Below, one piece after another: positions 18,794-27,295 of a stretch of DNA of 64,000 nt. A model generated the notes under the pieces. That model was not told where the DNA came from and did not search any database. It saw only the letters and a program-made list of their open reading frames with translations. The DNA comes from Thermoanaerobaculia bacterium (GTDB taxonomy: Bacteria; Acidobacteriota; Thermoanaerobaculia; Gp7-AA8): positions 7,269 through 71,268 of the forward strand of contig DASWBH010000389.1 of assembly GCA_036390755.1 (NCBI GenBank), given 5' to 3'. Both the position numbers and the translations under genes were made by a program. Each line of letters opens with the position of its first letter. Within the stretch, counting starts at the first letter, position 1.

Positions 18794-19193
18794 TCAGGTG
18801 GACGACGTAGACGATCACGAACAGTGCTGACGTGATCCAGTGCGCGGCGGCCATCGTTTTGCGCGTTGCGTCGTTCGTCGAGATCTGCAGCAGATATGCG
18901 GACAGCGTCATCGGCGCGAGCGCCGCGAGCGACCAGATTCCGCTCGCTCGATTGCGCGGCTCGCCGAACGCGAGCTTGGGCCTGACGTGATTTGCAAACA
19001 CCCATCCGAAGCCGAAGACGAGAAGCGGCGCGACGACCACGTGCGTCGACAGCATGTAGGGCTGCAGCGGGTGGTTGACGACCGAGAACTCGTCGACCGG
19101 TTTCATGAAGTACTTCATCACGGCGAAAACAATGCCGGTAAGCGCCGTCAGCGCGACGCAAAGGTGCAGGTAGACGACCTGCACGCGCGTCAT
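18720..19193 (-). CDS. Four-TM His-rich membrane protein (possible b-type cytochrome-like electron-transfer subunit)
   Basis: Four predicted TM helices with conserved His residues in and near the helices. It overlaps the FMN-binding gene upstream by 4 nt. Its 3' end overlaps gltX by about 74 nt (convergent). Confidence 0.5.
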   Translation of the reverse strand: MTRVQVVYLHLCVALTALTGIVFAVMKYFMKPVDEFSVVNHPLQPYMLSTHVVVAPLLVFGFGWVFANHVRPKLAFGEPRNRASGIWSLAALAPMTLSAYLLQISTNDATRKTMAAAHWITSALFVIVYVVHLIRRPAPADGRSGAEGGAASAPFPA

Positions 19194-19732
19194 TGCGGCG
19201 CCGCTCCTCCGATGACGTGGTGCAGCGCGAGGACCTTGCGCGACGCGTTGACGATCGCCTGACCGCTGAGGCTCGCGCCGGACAGCGGCCTGATCGCGCC
19301 ATTCAGGGCGAGATCTTTGTCGAGCTTGCGGCCGTTGAGCTGATCGATCCAGCGTCGCTTCGGGAGGTAATCGGTCGGCTCGTCGAACGAGAGGATCTCG
19401 ATGCGGTCGACGCGTCCGTCGGGCGTCACGACGATCATGACGCTCTCAGGAAGCGTGCGCACGCGATGCGCGTCGAAGTACGCGTACCCGGTGACCTTGT
19501 CGCCGGCCGTGGCGACGTAGCGGATCACGAGCTGGTCATCGAACGCGATGCCGCTCTCCCGGCGCGCGTCCTCGGCCTGCTGTTTCGTCAGAAACACCGT
19601 CTGCCGCGTCACCTTCGCACCGGGGAACGCGAACGCGAGCGCCTGCTGCTGCGTCATGAAGACGCGTGCGTCCGCCGATGCCGCGAACAGCAGGACGGCG
19701 ATCAGAAGATGTAGCCGACGCCGATGTTCCAC
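19190..19732 (-). CDS. Secreted FMN-binding domain protein (predicted ApbE flavinylation target)
   Basis: Signal peptide MEHRRRLHLLIAVLLFAASADA. The FMN_bind-like motif ..IRPLSGASLSGQAIVNASRKVL matches the (D/S)GA(S/T) flavinylation site. Confidence 0.65.
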   Translation of the reverse strand: MEHRRRLHLLIAVLLFAASADARVFMTQQQALAFAFPGAKVTRQTVFLTKQQAEDARRESGIAFDDQLVIRYVATAGDKVTGYAYFDAHRVRTLPESVMIVVTPDGRVDRIEILSFDEPTDYLPKRRWIDQLNGRKLDKDLALNGAIRPLSGASLSGQAIVNASRKVLALHHVIGGAAPQ

Positions 19733-20943
19733 TGCTTCGCTCCCGTGCGCGCTTTGTTCGTTACATTCTCGTGATCTATTTTTATAACCGTTTGTGAGAT
19801 TGGTTTAATAGCCACACCGACCGTGAAGATATTCTGTGCATTCGCAAGGTTGCGCGAGAAGCCTGCCGGCACGCTACGCTGCGTATCCAGCTGCTCGTAT
19901 CGCGCATACGGCGTCAGCGACCAGCTCTTCGAGATCAGCGCGGCGAGGTCGTAGCCCGCTTCGCCGTACCAGCCGCCGAAGCTCTTGCCGATCGACGCGT
20001 CACCCTCAAGGCCGTTCACCGCGTTGATCTGTGCGGCGTCGCCGATCGTCCCTCTCGCGTACAGCCCGCGCAGCGACAGTCCGCGGAACTTCGAGTCGAA
20101 GTGCGCTTCGCCGAGGGTCACGCGGCCGGCGAAATTCTGCGTCTGGCCCGAGTTGCCCGAGTAGAGCGACGCGCCGACGAGCGTCCCCTCGATCGGATGC
20201 CAGTCCGCCCTCCCGACCACCGCCCAATCCTCGGCCAGCGCTTCGCCGCCGGCCTGCCGTCCCTCGCGAATGCCTTCCTCGCTGCCGAAATGCGCGGAGT
20301 TGAGTCCCGTGACGAGGTACGCCCGGTACGTGACGTTCTTCACGTCGCCGAAGACGCCGGCGCCGATCTCGCCCCACGTCGCCGGAATGATGACCTGCTC
20401 GACCTGCGGCCGCCGCGCGCCGAGGTATGCGGTGGGCTCGTGCTGCTCGTTGATCAGGCCGACCGGAAGCAGCATCACGCCGGCGCGATAGTTCAGCCAC
20501 GGCTTCTGCAGGAAATCGAGGTAGGCAAACTCGAGCGACACGGTGCCGCCGCTTTCGGTCGACGCGTGCTCGACCTCGAGCTCGGAGTTGAAGAGAACGC
20601 GATCGTTGAACTTGTAGCCGGTGTAAAGCACACCGCGCAGCAGGTCGGCGCGATCGGGCTCCGAGCGGTCGTGGTTCTCGTACAGCATTTCGCCGTAGCC
20701 GCCGAACGACGCACCCTGCTGCGCGCGATAGACCTTCGACGCTGCCGCGCCCAGGCCGTACTGCTGCGTGTCGGCGGCCACACTCTTCTCCGCCTGCGGC
20801 GCTTTCAGCGCCTCGATTTCCTGTGTGAGGATGTCGATCTGCCGCTGCAGCTCCTTGAGCTTCTGATCGGTTGCTGCGTCCTGCGCGACGAGCGATGTCG
20901 CGAGACACAGTGAGATCACGATGATTCCGATTTGCTTGAGCAT
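19702..20943 (-). CDS. Outer-membrane beta-barrel (porin-like) protein with N-terminal coiled coil
   Basis: Signal peptide, a coiled-coil segment (KLKELQRQIDILTQEIEALK), alternating amphipathic beta-strands, and a C-terminal aromatic ..NIGVGYIF. Confidence 0.6.
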   Translation of the reverse strand: MLKQIGIIVISLCLATSLVAQDAATDQKLKELQRQIDILTQEIEALKAPQAEKSVAADTQQYGLGAAASKVYRAQQGASFGGYGEMLYENHDRSEPDRADLLRGVLYTGYKFNDRVLFNSELEVEHASTESGGTVSLEFAYLDFLQKPWLNYRAGVMLLPVGLINEQHEPTAYLGARRPQVEQVIIPATWGEIGAGVFGDVKNVTYRAYLVTGLNSAHFGSEEGIREGRQAGGEALAEDWAVVGRADWHPIEGTLVGASLYSGNSGQTQNFAGRVTLGEAHFDSKFRGLSLRGLYARGTIGDAAQINAVNGLEGDASIGKSFGGWYGEAGYDLAALISKSWSLTPYARYEQLDTQRSVPAGFSRNLANAQNIFTVGVAIKPISQTVIKIDHENVTNKARTGAKQWNIGVGYIF

Positions 20944-20946
20944 GGT

Positions 20947-21810
20947 TCAGTCCTTCGGAAAGTCGTTGGATCGGACAATCTGGTGCGAGCTCGTGATGAA
21001 CAGCGCGGCGACGCCGTGAGCGTTCGCCCATCGCAGCCCTTCATCCGGCCCCATCACATACAACGCAGTGGAGAGCACGTCGGCGGTCAGTGCGTCGCGC
21101 GCGATGACCGACACGGAGCCGCGCGGCGGCAGCGCCTCTCCGGTGCGCGGATCGATGATGTGCGTGAAGCGGCGGCCGTTCACGACGAACGACTTCTCGG
21201 AGCCGGAGCTCGTCGAAAGCGAGGCGTCGCGCAAAGTGACGTTCACCGTCGCGACGTCGCGCTGCTCCGGATCGGCAATTGCGACGCGGTAATCGCCGCG
21301 AACGGCAATCTGTCCGCCGAAGTTGATCATCGCTCGCGGCGCGTCGACGACCGAGAGCATCCGATCGAGCGCGTAGCCCTTGCCGAAACCGCCCTCTTCG
21401 AACGCAGCACGACCGGAGCGGATCGACGCGAGCGCGCCCTCGATTGCATCGTGCGACGGCAGCGCGCCGTCAGCGCGAGTGCGCCACGCGTCGATGAGCG
21501 GCCGCACCTGCGGCTCGAACGCGCCGCCGGTTCGCTCACGCCACGCGATGACGGAGTCGAGCAACCCGCGCAATTCCGGCGAAGCAGCTTGGCCGCGGTT
21601 CACGCGCACGAGCTCGCTATCGTCGCGCCACGTGCTCAGCATCCGCTCGATGCGGGCCGCTTCTGCAAACGCAGCGTCGATCTGCTTCGCGTCGCCGTCG
21701 ACAGCAATTTCGCACACCGTTCCCATCAGGTACCGCGCCCTGGCGATTTCTGCTGACGCTGCAGTGATGGGAACGAGTGTGAGCGCGATGAGTGCCGTTG
21801 CGGCTCTCAT
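20947..21810 (-). CDS. apbE: FAD:protein FMN transferase (ApbE family)
   Basis: Signal peptide MRAATALIALTLVPITAASA. ApbE-like core (..RYLMGTVCEIAV.., ..GGFGKGYALD.., ..FGGQIAV..). 4-nt overlap with the FTR1 gene upstream. Confidence 0.8.
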   Translation of the reverse strand: MRAATALIALTLVPITAASAEIARARYLMGTVCEIAVDGDAKQIDAAFAEAARIERMLSTWRDDSELVRVNRGQAASPELRGLLDSVIAWRERTGGAFEPQVRPLIDAWRTRADGALPSHDAIEGALASIRSGRAAFEEGGFGKGYALDRMLSVVDAPRAMINFGGQIAVRGDYRVAIADPEQRDVATVNVTLRDASLSTSSGSEKSFVVNGRRFTHIIDPRTGEALPPRGSVSVIARDALTADVLSTALYVMGPDEGLRWANAHGVAALFITSSHQIVRSNDFPKD

Positions 21811-22574
21811 CGCGCTCCTAACGCCGCGCGGTTGTGTGCGCGTGCGCGATCGAGAATCGACGCCGCCGCAAGCCACGCCGCGCAGACGCCGACCATCGCC
21901 ACCGAGAACCAACGGCCGTACACGCCGACCGGAGAGTAGGGCTCCGTCGCCACATGAATCGCTTCGCTATGCGGCAGCAGCCCCGCCTCGGAGAATTCGT
22001 GGATCGAGTAGAAGACGATCTGGATGGTGAACAACAGGAGAAACAGTCCGGTCACCTGGAAGAACCGCTTGATGTTCACGCGATGGCCGAAGTGCGCCCA
22101 CAGCCACGACATCGTCGCGGCGGCCGCGATGCCGAGCGCGCAGCCGAGCCAGAAGCCGGCCTGGCGCACCTGAATCAGCATCAACGCCGCCTCCATGCCT
22201 TCGCGGGTGACCATCAGAACCGTGAATCCGAAGACGGCCGCGGTGGCGATGAGCGGCGACTCATGAGCCGAGTGTTGATCGAGCCGCGCTTCCATCTGCC
22301 GCTTCATGCGCGGCGCGGTGCGCCAGACGTGAATCACGAACGACGCGACGAGGATCGCCGCGACGAGTCCGAGGACGCCTTCCCACATCGGCTGGTTGAC
22401 GCTCTGCAGCACGTATCCGAGAGCGAAGCTTGCGACGACGGATACGGCGATGCCCCAATAAACAGCGGGCCGCAGCCAGTCGCGTCCGGTCTTGCGGAGG
22501 TACGCGAAGATGATCGCGACGGTGAGGAAGGCCTCGAAGCCTTCGCGGAAAACGATGATCAGGGCGTTGAGCAT
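21807..22574 (-). CDS. High-affinity iron permease, FTR1/EfeU family
   Basis: Two REXXE motifs (REGFEAFL and REGMEAAL) in a polytopic membrane protein. Confidence 0.85.
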   Translation of the reverse strand: MLNALIIVFREGFEAFLTVAIIFAYLRKTGRDWLRPAVYWGIAVSVVASFALGYVLQSVNQPMWEGVLGLVAAILVASFVIHVWRTAPRMKRQMEARLDQHSAHESPLIATAAVFGFTVLMVTREGMEAALMLIQVRQAGFWLGCALGIAAAATMSWLWAHFGHRVNIKRFFQVTGLFLLLFTIQIVFYSIHEFSEAGLLPHSEAIHVATEPYSPVGVYGRWFSVAMVGVCAAWLAAASILDRARAHNRAALGAR

Positions 22575-22585
22575 GGGTCCTCGGG

Positions 22586-23092
22586 TTACTTCCTCAATTG
22601 CATCGCGCCGGCCTGGATCATCTTCACGCGGTCGGGTGCGTCGGGAGTTTCGCCTTTGCGTTTGCACGCGTCGCACACGCCGAGGATCTGCAGGTTGTGA
22701 AAGGTCGGCGTGAAACGCTTTCTCGCGCAGATCTCGTGCTGGCGCTTTTCGAGCTCCGGGTCGTTGAACTCGATGACCGAGCCGCAGGTCGTGCAGATCA
22801 GATGGTCGTGGTGCGAGTTTCCGGTGACGTGCTCGTAGTGGTAGTGGTCCTCGCCGAGGTGGACGCGGCGGACCATTCCGGATTTCACGAGCAGCTCGAG
22901 CGTGCGATAGACGGTGGCGCGCGAGATCTTGAGGCCCTTCTCCTTCATCTTGAAGAGGAGCTCGTCGGCCTCGAAGTGGTAGTGGGTGGAGAAGATCTCG
23001 CGGACGAGGGCGGAGCGCTCGCCGGTGAGCTTCAGGTTCTGCTGCTGGAGGAATCCGGCGAAGCGATCAATTTCCTTCTGGACGTGAGGCAT
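22586..23092 (-). CDS. fur: Ferric uptake regulator (Fur family)
   Basis: ..ISRATVYRTLELLVKSGMV..HHDHLICTTCGSVIEF..CDAC.. covers the Fur DNA-binding and metal-site motifs. It sits 11 nt upstream of the FTR1 gene. Confidence 0.88.
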   Translation of the reverse strand: MPHVQKEIDRFAGFLQQQNLKLTGERSALVREIFSTHYHFEADELLFKMKEKGLKISRATVYRTLELLVKSGMVRRVHLGEDHYHYEHVTGNSHHDHLICTTCGSVIEFNDPELEKRQHEICARKRFTPTFHNLQILGVCDACKRKGETPDAPDRVKMIQAGAMQLRK

Positions 23093-23107
23093 GGCGTCGT
23101 TGCATCT

Positions 23108-23125
23108 TGAGACTGAGTCTCAGTA
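23108..23125. promoter_or_regulatory. Overlapping inverted repeats about 20-35 nt upstream of the fur start; candidate autoregulatory operator
   Basis: The 13-bp palindrome ACTGAGtCTCAGT overlaps GAGAC-N3-GTCTC, in the arrangement TGAGAC TGAGTC TCAGTA. It lies in the fur 5' region. Confidence 0.3.
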
Positions 23126-23223
23126 GCAAGTGGGATTTTATGACCGCGGCGCGGGAGCGTCAAGTGACGCCGCTCACCGGCTCGTGTGCGGAGCCCTCCA
23201 CCCTCCGCCCTCCGCGCTCCGTC

Positions 23224-25638
23224 TTACAGCCGCGTCCGTGCCGCGTCCGCCGCCGCCCGGATCTGCGGCTGCCGCGGATCGATCGTCAGCGACCGGTTCC
23301 AGAAGTCCAGCGCCCGGCCGTAGTCATTCTTCTTCGCGTAGAAGATGCCCAGGTTGTTCAGCGCGAGGGTGGACGACGGTTGCAGTCCGAGCGCCCGCTC
23401 GAGCTCCGGCAGCCCTTCGGTGTAGCGATCCGCCTGCGACAGCGCGGAGCCGAGGTTCGCCGCGATCAGATAGGACTGCGGGAAGATCTCCTTCCCTTTC
23501 TCCAGAAGCGCGATCGCTCGCGAGGTCATGTTCCGCTGCCGGTAGAGCGCCGCGAAATCGCAGAACCATTGATCGCCGTTCGGCAGCCCGCGCTTGATCG
23601 CTTCGAGGAAGACTTCGTCCGCCGCCGTGTACTGCTGGCGGTCGAACAGCGTCATCGCGAGGTTGAGATACGGCGTCGGTCGCGACGGATTCAGATCGAT
23701 CGCCTTCTGGAACGCGTCTGCGGCGTCTTTGAACTTGTTCTGCTTCCGCAGCTCGACACCGAGATTGTTGTCATACGCGTACGAGCCCCACTGCTGCGGC
23801 GGAATGGGGGCCGCCGCCGCTGCCGGCTGAACATCCTGGTCTTCGAACCGGGCCTGCATTCCGATGTTCGGATCCATCAGATGCCCGATCGCCTGCAGGT
23901 CGCGCTGATACACCTTCGCGTTCGTGCGCGCCGTTGTGCTCACGGGCCGCTCGCCGAAAAACTCGCTGTAGCTGACGACGCGCACCGACAGCACGGGCGT
24001 GATGTCCTTGAACGCCCAGGACGCGACTTTGCCCGACATCTCGCCCGATTGCGGAAGGCCGAGGATCGCGAGAACGGTGGGAGTGATGTCGTACAGAGAG
24101 ATCGCATGCGGAGCGCGTGACGGCAGAACGTGGTTGCCGTACGCGATGAACACGCCGGGATTGCGGTGATCGGAGAGCGCGGCGCGGCCGTTCGGAGGTG
24201 AATGCGGACGGTCCGTGCCCCAGCGGAAGCCGTACGCGGAAACGATCATCACGGTCGTGTCCTCCGGCAGGACCTGCATCCACTCGCCGATCATCCGGTC
24301 GACCTCGGCGTAGTAGTTCGAGACCGTCGGCCAGTACTTGCGGTAGCCGTCCTGACTCACTCCATCGCGCATCGGCGGGTGATACGGCGCGAACAGGTGA
24401 TTGACCGCGTCGGTGCCGTCGTACGTCAACGCGAGGAACAGCGGCGCCTGTTCGCGATACAGATTCAGCGCGGCGCGATGGTCGCTCCACGTTTTCGCGA
24501 GCACGTCGCGGAAGATCGCCACGGGATCGGCCGGGTTCTGCATGGCCGCCTCGAACTCGCCGGGCGCGAGGTTGATGAACCGCCGCACTTGATCTGCGCC
24601 GACCGTCGAGGGCGGCACTTCGACGCTCCTGACACGCTCTACGTCGCTGCCGGGATAGATCGCGTTGTCGAGGAACTCCACGGGTGCATCGAAGACCGCC
24701 GTCGATGACGGTGCCGGCGGCCAGGCGGTCCACCAGTTCACGACAACGGCGTGACGGCCGAAGCCTTCGGCGATGTCCCACAGGGCAGGCGTGCGGCGCG
24801 AATACGAGTCGACCGGCGCTCGTGTCGAGCGATCGAAGAAATCGATGACGCCATGGCGGTCGGGAGTCACTCCCGTCGCAAGCGTCGTCCAGACCAGCGG
24901 CGACACCGTCGGCTGAATCGTCTGCAGCGAGCCGGTCGTTCCGCCTTTCGCCAGCGCCTGGATGTTCGGAATGCGGCCGTCGTCGGACAGCTCCTGGATC
25001 AGGTCCCAGTCGGCGCCGTCGATCGCGAAGATCGCCACGCGGCCGGCGACCCCGCGCGCGCTGCGGCGCAGCTCGGACCGCTTGTACTTGAGCAGCGCTT
25101 CGCGGTCGGGCTCGAGGCGCGCGATTTCGAACGCGGTGACATTCAGGCCGCTTTGCGCGAGATGCGCCGCGACGATGCGCTTCAGCGGATCGCGGCGCGT
25201 CGAGAATTGCGACGTCGGCGAGAGCAGATCCTCGATCGGCACCTGCGCCGTCACCGCCGAAACCGCCTCGGACACTCGCGCGCGGATCCACGCGCTCCAG
25301 CCGTCGTTGACGAGACGTCGCGCGTCGGCGAGTCGTTCGCCGGCGATCCCGAACCGCAGCCGGTACGTCATCGTCACCGGCACCCCCTCTTTCGAGGTGA
25401 TCCGGATGACGCCGTCGCGCTGCGCGGCGCCCTCGCGCTTCTCGAACGACAAGCGGTAATAGCGGTGCGGCGGCAGGAACGTGACGTGACTTCCGACCGT
25501 GCGGACGCTGCCGTCGCTCTTGTCGACGCCGAAGATCAGACGCCGCGACGACGGCAGGAAGAGGCTGATCAGCACGTAGACCGTGACCGCCATGCAGGCC
25601 AGCCAGAACAGCGAGCGGAGGAAACGCGAGCGGACCAC
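23224..25638 (-). CDS. Membrane-anchored alkaline-phosphatase-superfamily (type I phosphodiesterase/nucleotide pyrophosphatase-like) protein with C-terminal TPR repeats
   Basis: N-terminal TM (LFWLACMAVTVYVLISLFL). AlkP-core motifs (VAIFAIDGADWD, ..TYDGTDAVNH.., ..SAYGF..). The last 200 aa carry TPR-like repeats (..NLAMTLFDRQQYTAADEVF.. and ..NLGIFYAKKNDYGRALDFW..). Confidence 0.65.
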   Translation of the reverse strand: MVRSRFLRSLFWLACMAVTVYVLISLFLPSSRRLIFGVDKSDGSVRTVGSHVTFLPPHRYYRLSFEKREGAAQRDGVIRITSKEGVPVTMTYRLRFGIAGERLADARRLVNDGWSAWIRARVSEAVSAVTAQVPIEDLLSPTSQFSTRRDPLKRIVAAHLAQSGLNVTAFEIARLEPDREALLKYKRSELRRSARGVAGRVAIFAIDGADWDLIQELSDDGRIPNIQALAKGGTTGSLQTIQPTVSPLVWTTLATGVTPDRHGVIDFFDRSTRAPVDSYSRRTPALWDIAEGFGRHAVVVNWWTAWPPAPSSTAVFDAPVEFLDNAIYPGSDVERVRSVEVPPSTVGADQVRRFINLAPGEFEAAMQNPADPVAIFRDVLAKTWSDHRAALNLYREQAPLFLALTYDGTDAVNHLFAPYHPPMRDGVSQDGYRKYWPTVSNYYAEVDRMIGEWMQVLPEDTTVMIVSAYGFRWGTDRPHSPPNGRAALSDHRNPGVFIAYGNHVLPSRAPHAISLYDITPTVLAILGLPQSGEMSGKVASWAFKDITPVLSVRVVSYSEFFGERPVSTTARTNAKVYQRDLQAIGHLMDPNIGMQARFEDQDVQPAAAAAPIPPQQWGSYAYDNNLGVELRKQNKFKDAADAFQKAIDLNPSRPTPYLNLAMTLFDRQQYTAADEVFLEAIKRGLPNGDQWFCDFAALYRQRNMTSRAIALLEKGKEIFPQSYLIAANLGSALSQADRYTEGLPELERALGLQPSSTLALNNLGIFYAKKNDYGRALDFWNRSLTIDPRQPQIRAAADAARTRL

Positions 25639-25678
25639 GTGCGTGCGTTATGGAAGATGTTTGCCAGCCGCAGCAGAT

Positions 25679-26377
25679 CTATTTCTTCTTCTTGACCAGC
25701 TGCTTGACCTCGTCGTTTCCGATCGTGCTCTGCGCCGAAATGATCACGGCGGCCGTCCCCTCGCGGAACGCCGGAATCGTGCAGCGGATCAGAGCTGTGC
25801 CGTCCGATGCCGTTTTCCCGCGGAAGACGACGCGCGGCGGCTCGACGGTCGATATCACCTTCACTTCGATCGACGCCGCGGCGATCGGGTTCTGAGACAG
25901 GCTCCGCCGCGTCACAACGCGCAACTCGACCGGCGCGCCGGCGAAAAAGTCCGCCTGATTCAGCAGCGAAAGCTCGAGGTGCTCGCTCTCCGCCTCCGAC
26001 GCCAGGTAGTCGATGATTACCTGGTCGAGCGTCTTCTCCTCGGCTCCCGGCGCCGCGGCCTTCCCGGTCGCCGTTCCGGCCGGCACCGACGGCTTCGGTG
26101 TCAGCCCGGTATGCGTCTCCTCGGCCGGTTGATCGAAGCGCCCGCGCTTGACCGCCGCGATCATCGTGCGGTGCTGCTGCTCCATCATCCCGCCGATCCA
26201 CTTCTCGTCGACGCCGTCCTTGATCTGCTCCGCGTACGGCGTCTTTTTCGACGCGAGAATCTCGCCGCCCACGTACACAAGCGACTCGATATAAGGGTTC
26301 TGCAGACCCTTATCCTCGGTCTGAATGTGGTAGACCTTGTCGTTGTGTCTGATGTCGGTGTTGAACCCGGTGATCAC
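25679..26377 (-). CDS. Conserved hypothetical protein with N-terminal GFNTD..YH(I/V)QTED motif
   Basis: MITGFNTDIRHNDKVYHIQTEDKG looks like a conserved N-terminal module. The rest is a low-complexity linker plus a C-terminal domain, and the protein ends KKKK. Confidence 0.45.
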   Translation of the reverse strand: MITGFNTDIRHNDKVYHIQTEDKGLQNPYIESLVYVGGEILASKKTPYAEQIKDGVDEKWIGGMMEQQHRTMIAAVKRGRFDQPAEETHTGLTPKPSVPAGTATGKAAAPGAEEKTLDQVIIDYLASEAESEHLELSLLNQADFFAGAPVELRVVTRRSLSQNPIAAASIEVKVISTVEPPRVVFRGKTASDGTALIRCTIPAFREGTAAVIISAQSTIGNDEVKQLVKKKK

Positions 26378-26437
26378 GGGCTAAACCCTTCCGGATGCGG
26401 CAACTTGAGTGGCGGTCGAGTGTATCAGATGTTCGCG

Positions 26438-27292
26438 TCAGTTCTGATCGAGCCACGCGCGCAGCCACGCGATCTGCTCGCGGATGCGGGCGGTGTCGTC
26501 CGCGTGCGGCATCAGCTCGAGATAGCGTTCGAAAAAGTCGATCGCCTGCGTGTACGCGTGCATCTGCATGGCGATGGCGGCGCGGTCGCGGATCTCGTAC
26601 GGGTCGCGATCGTCGAGGATCAGCAGCCGGTCGACCGATGCGGCGGCATGCTGCAGATCGTGCTGCGCGAGGTACGCCGCTTTCAGCTGGGCGAGCTCGC
26701 GTGCGAGGATCTCGCGGCGCGAGAAGGAGCGGAGATGGTGCTCGCGGAGCTTCACGCCGCCGCCGTACATCTCGTCGAGGATCTTCTGCAGCTCGAGCTT
26801 CGTGAGCACGCGGCCGCCGTCGAACGGATCGACCACGACCTGGCCGAATGCGCCGCTCAATTTCACGAGAAAGCGCCCCGGGAGCGAAATGCCCGCAGCG
26901 TCGACGCCGGCGCGCCGCGACAGCTCGATGTAGAGGATCGAAAGAGTGATCGGAAGGCCGGCGTGGCGATCGAGCGCTTCGTTGAGCATCGCGCTGCGCG
27001 GGTCGTAGTAGTCGTTGTTCTCGCCGCGAAAACCTTCTTCGTCGAACAGAATGCAGTTGATCGTGTCGAGGATCCGCTCGATGTCCTGCGAGCCTTCCAG
27101 TCGATCGTGCACGGTGCCGCTCCAGATTCCCACTTGTCCGAGGTAGTGGCCGACGTCGATGCGCGGGTTGTCCTCGACGGCGATGAAGAGCGAGGCCTCC
27201 ACGAGATCGAGCAGGGGCTCGGGACGCGCGGCAATCTCCCGGAAGCGCTGGCGCGCCAGAGCGGGATGCGTCAGTACTCGGCCGGGCTGCAT
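26438..27292 (-). CDS. Transglutaminase-like/TPR protein, SirB1 (UPF0162) family
   Basis: ..NNDYYDPRSAMLNEALDRHAGLPITLSILYIELSRRAGVDAAGISLPGRFLV.. matches the Transglut_core2 pattern, with a C-terminal TPR-like region. Confidence 0.65.
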   Translation of the reverse strand: MQPGRVLTHPALARQRFREIAARPEPLLDLVEASLFIAVEDNPRIDVGHYLGQVGIWSGTVHDRLEGSQDIERILDTINCILFDEEGFRGENNDYYDPRSAMLNEALDRHAGLPITLSILYIELSRRAGVDAAGISLPGRFLVKLSGAFGQVVVDPFDGGRVLTKLELQKILDEMYGGGVKLREHHLRSFSRREILARELAQLKAAYLAQHDLQHAAASVDRLLILDDRDPYEIRDRAAIAMQMHAYTQAIDFFERYLELMPHADDTARIREQIAWLRAWLDQN

Positions 27293-27295
27293 CGA

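Noticed and set aside
19755-19835. The AT-rich patch as a Fur box
   Set aside because: It does not align acceptably to the GATAATGATAATCATTATC consensus. It is retained only as a possible internal promoter (see findings).
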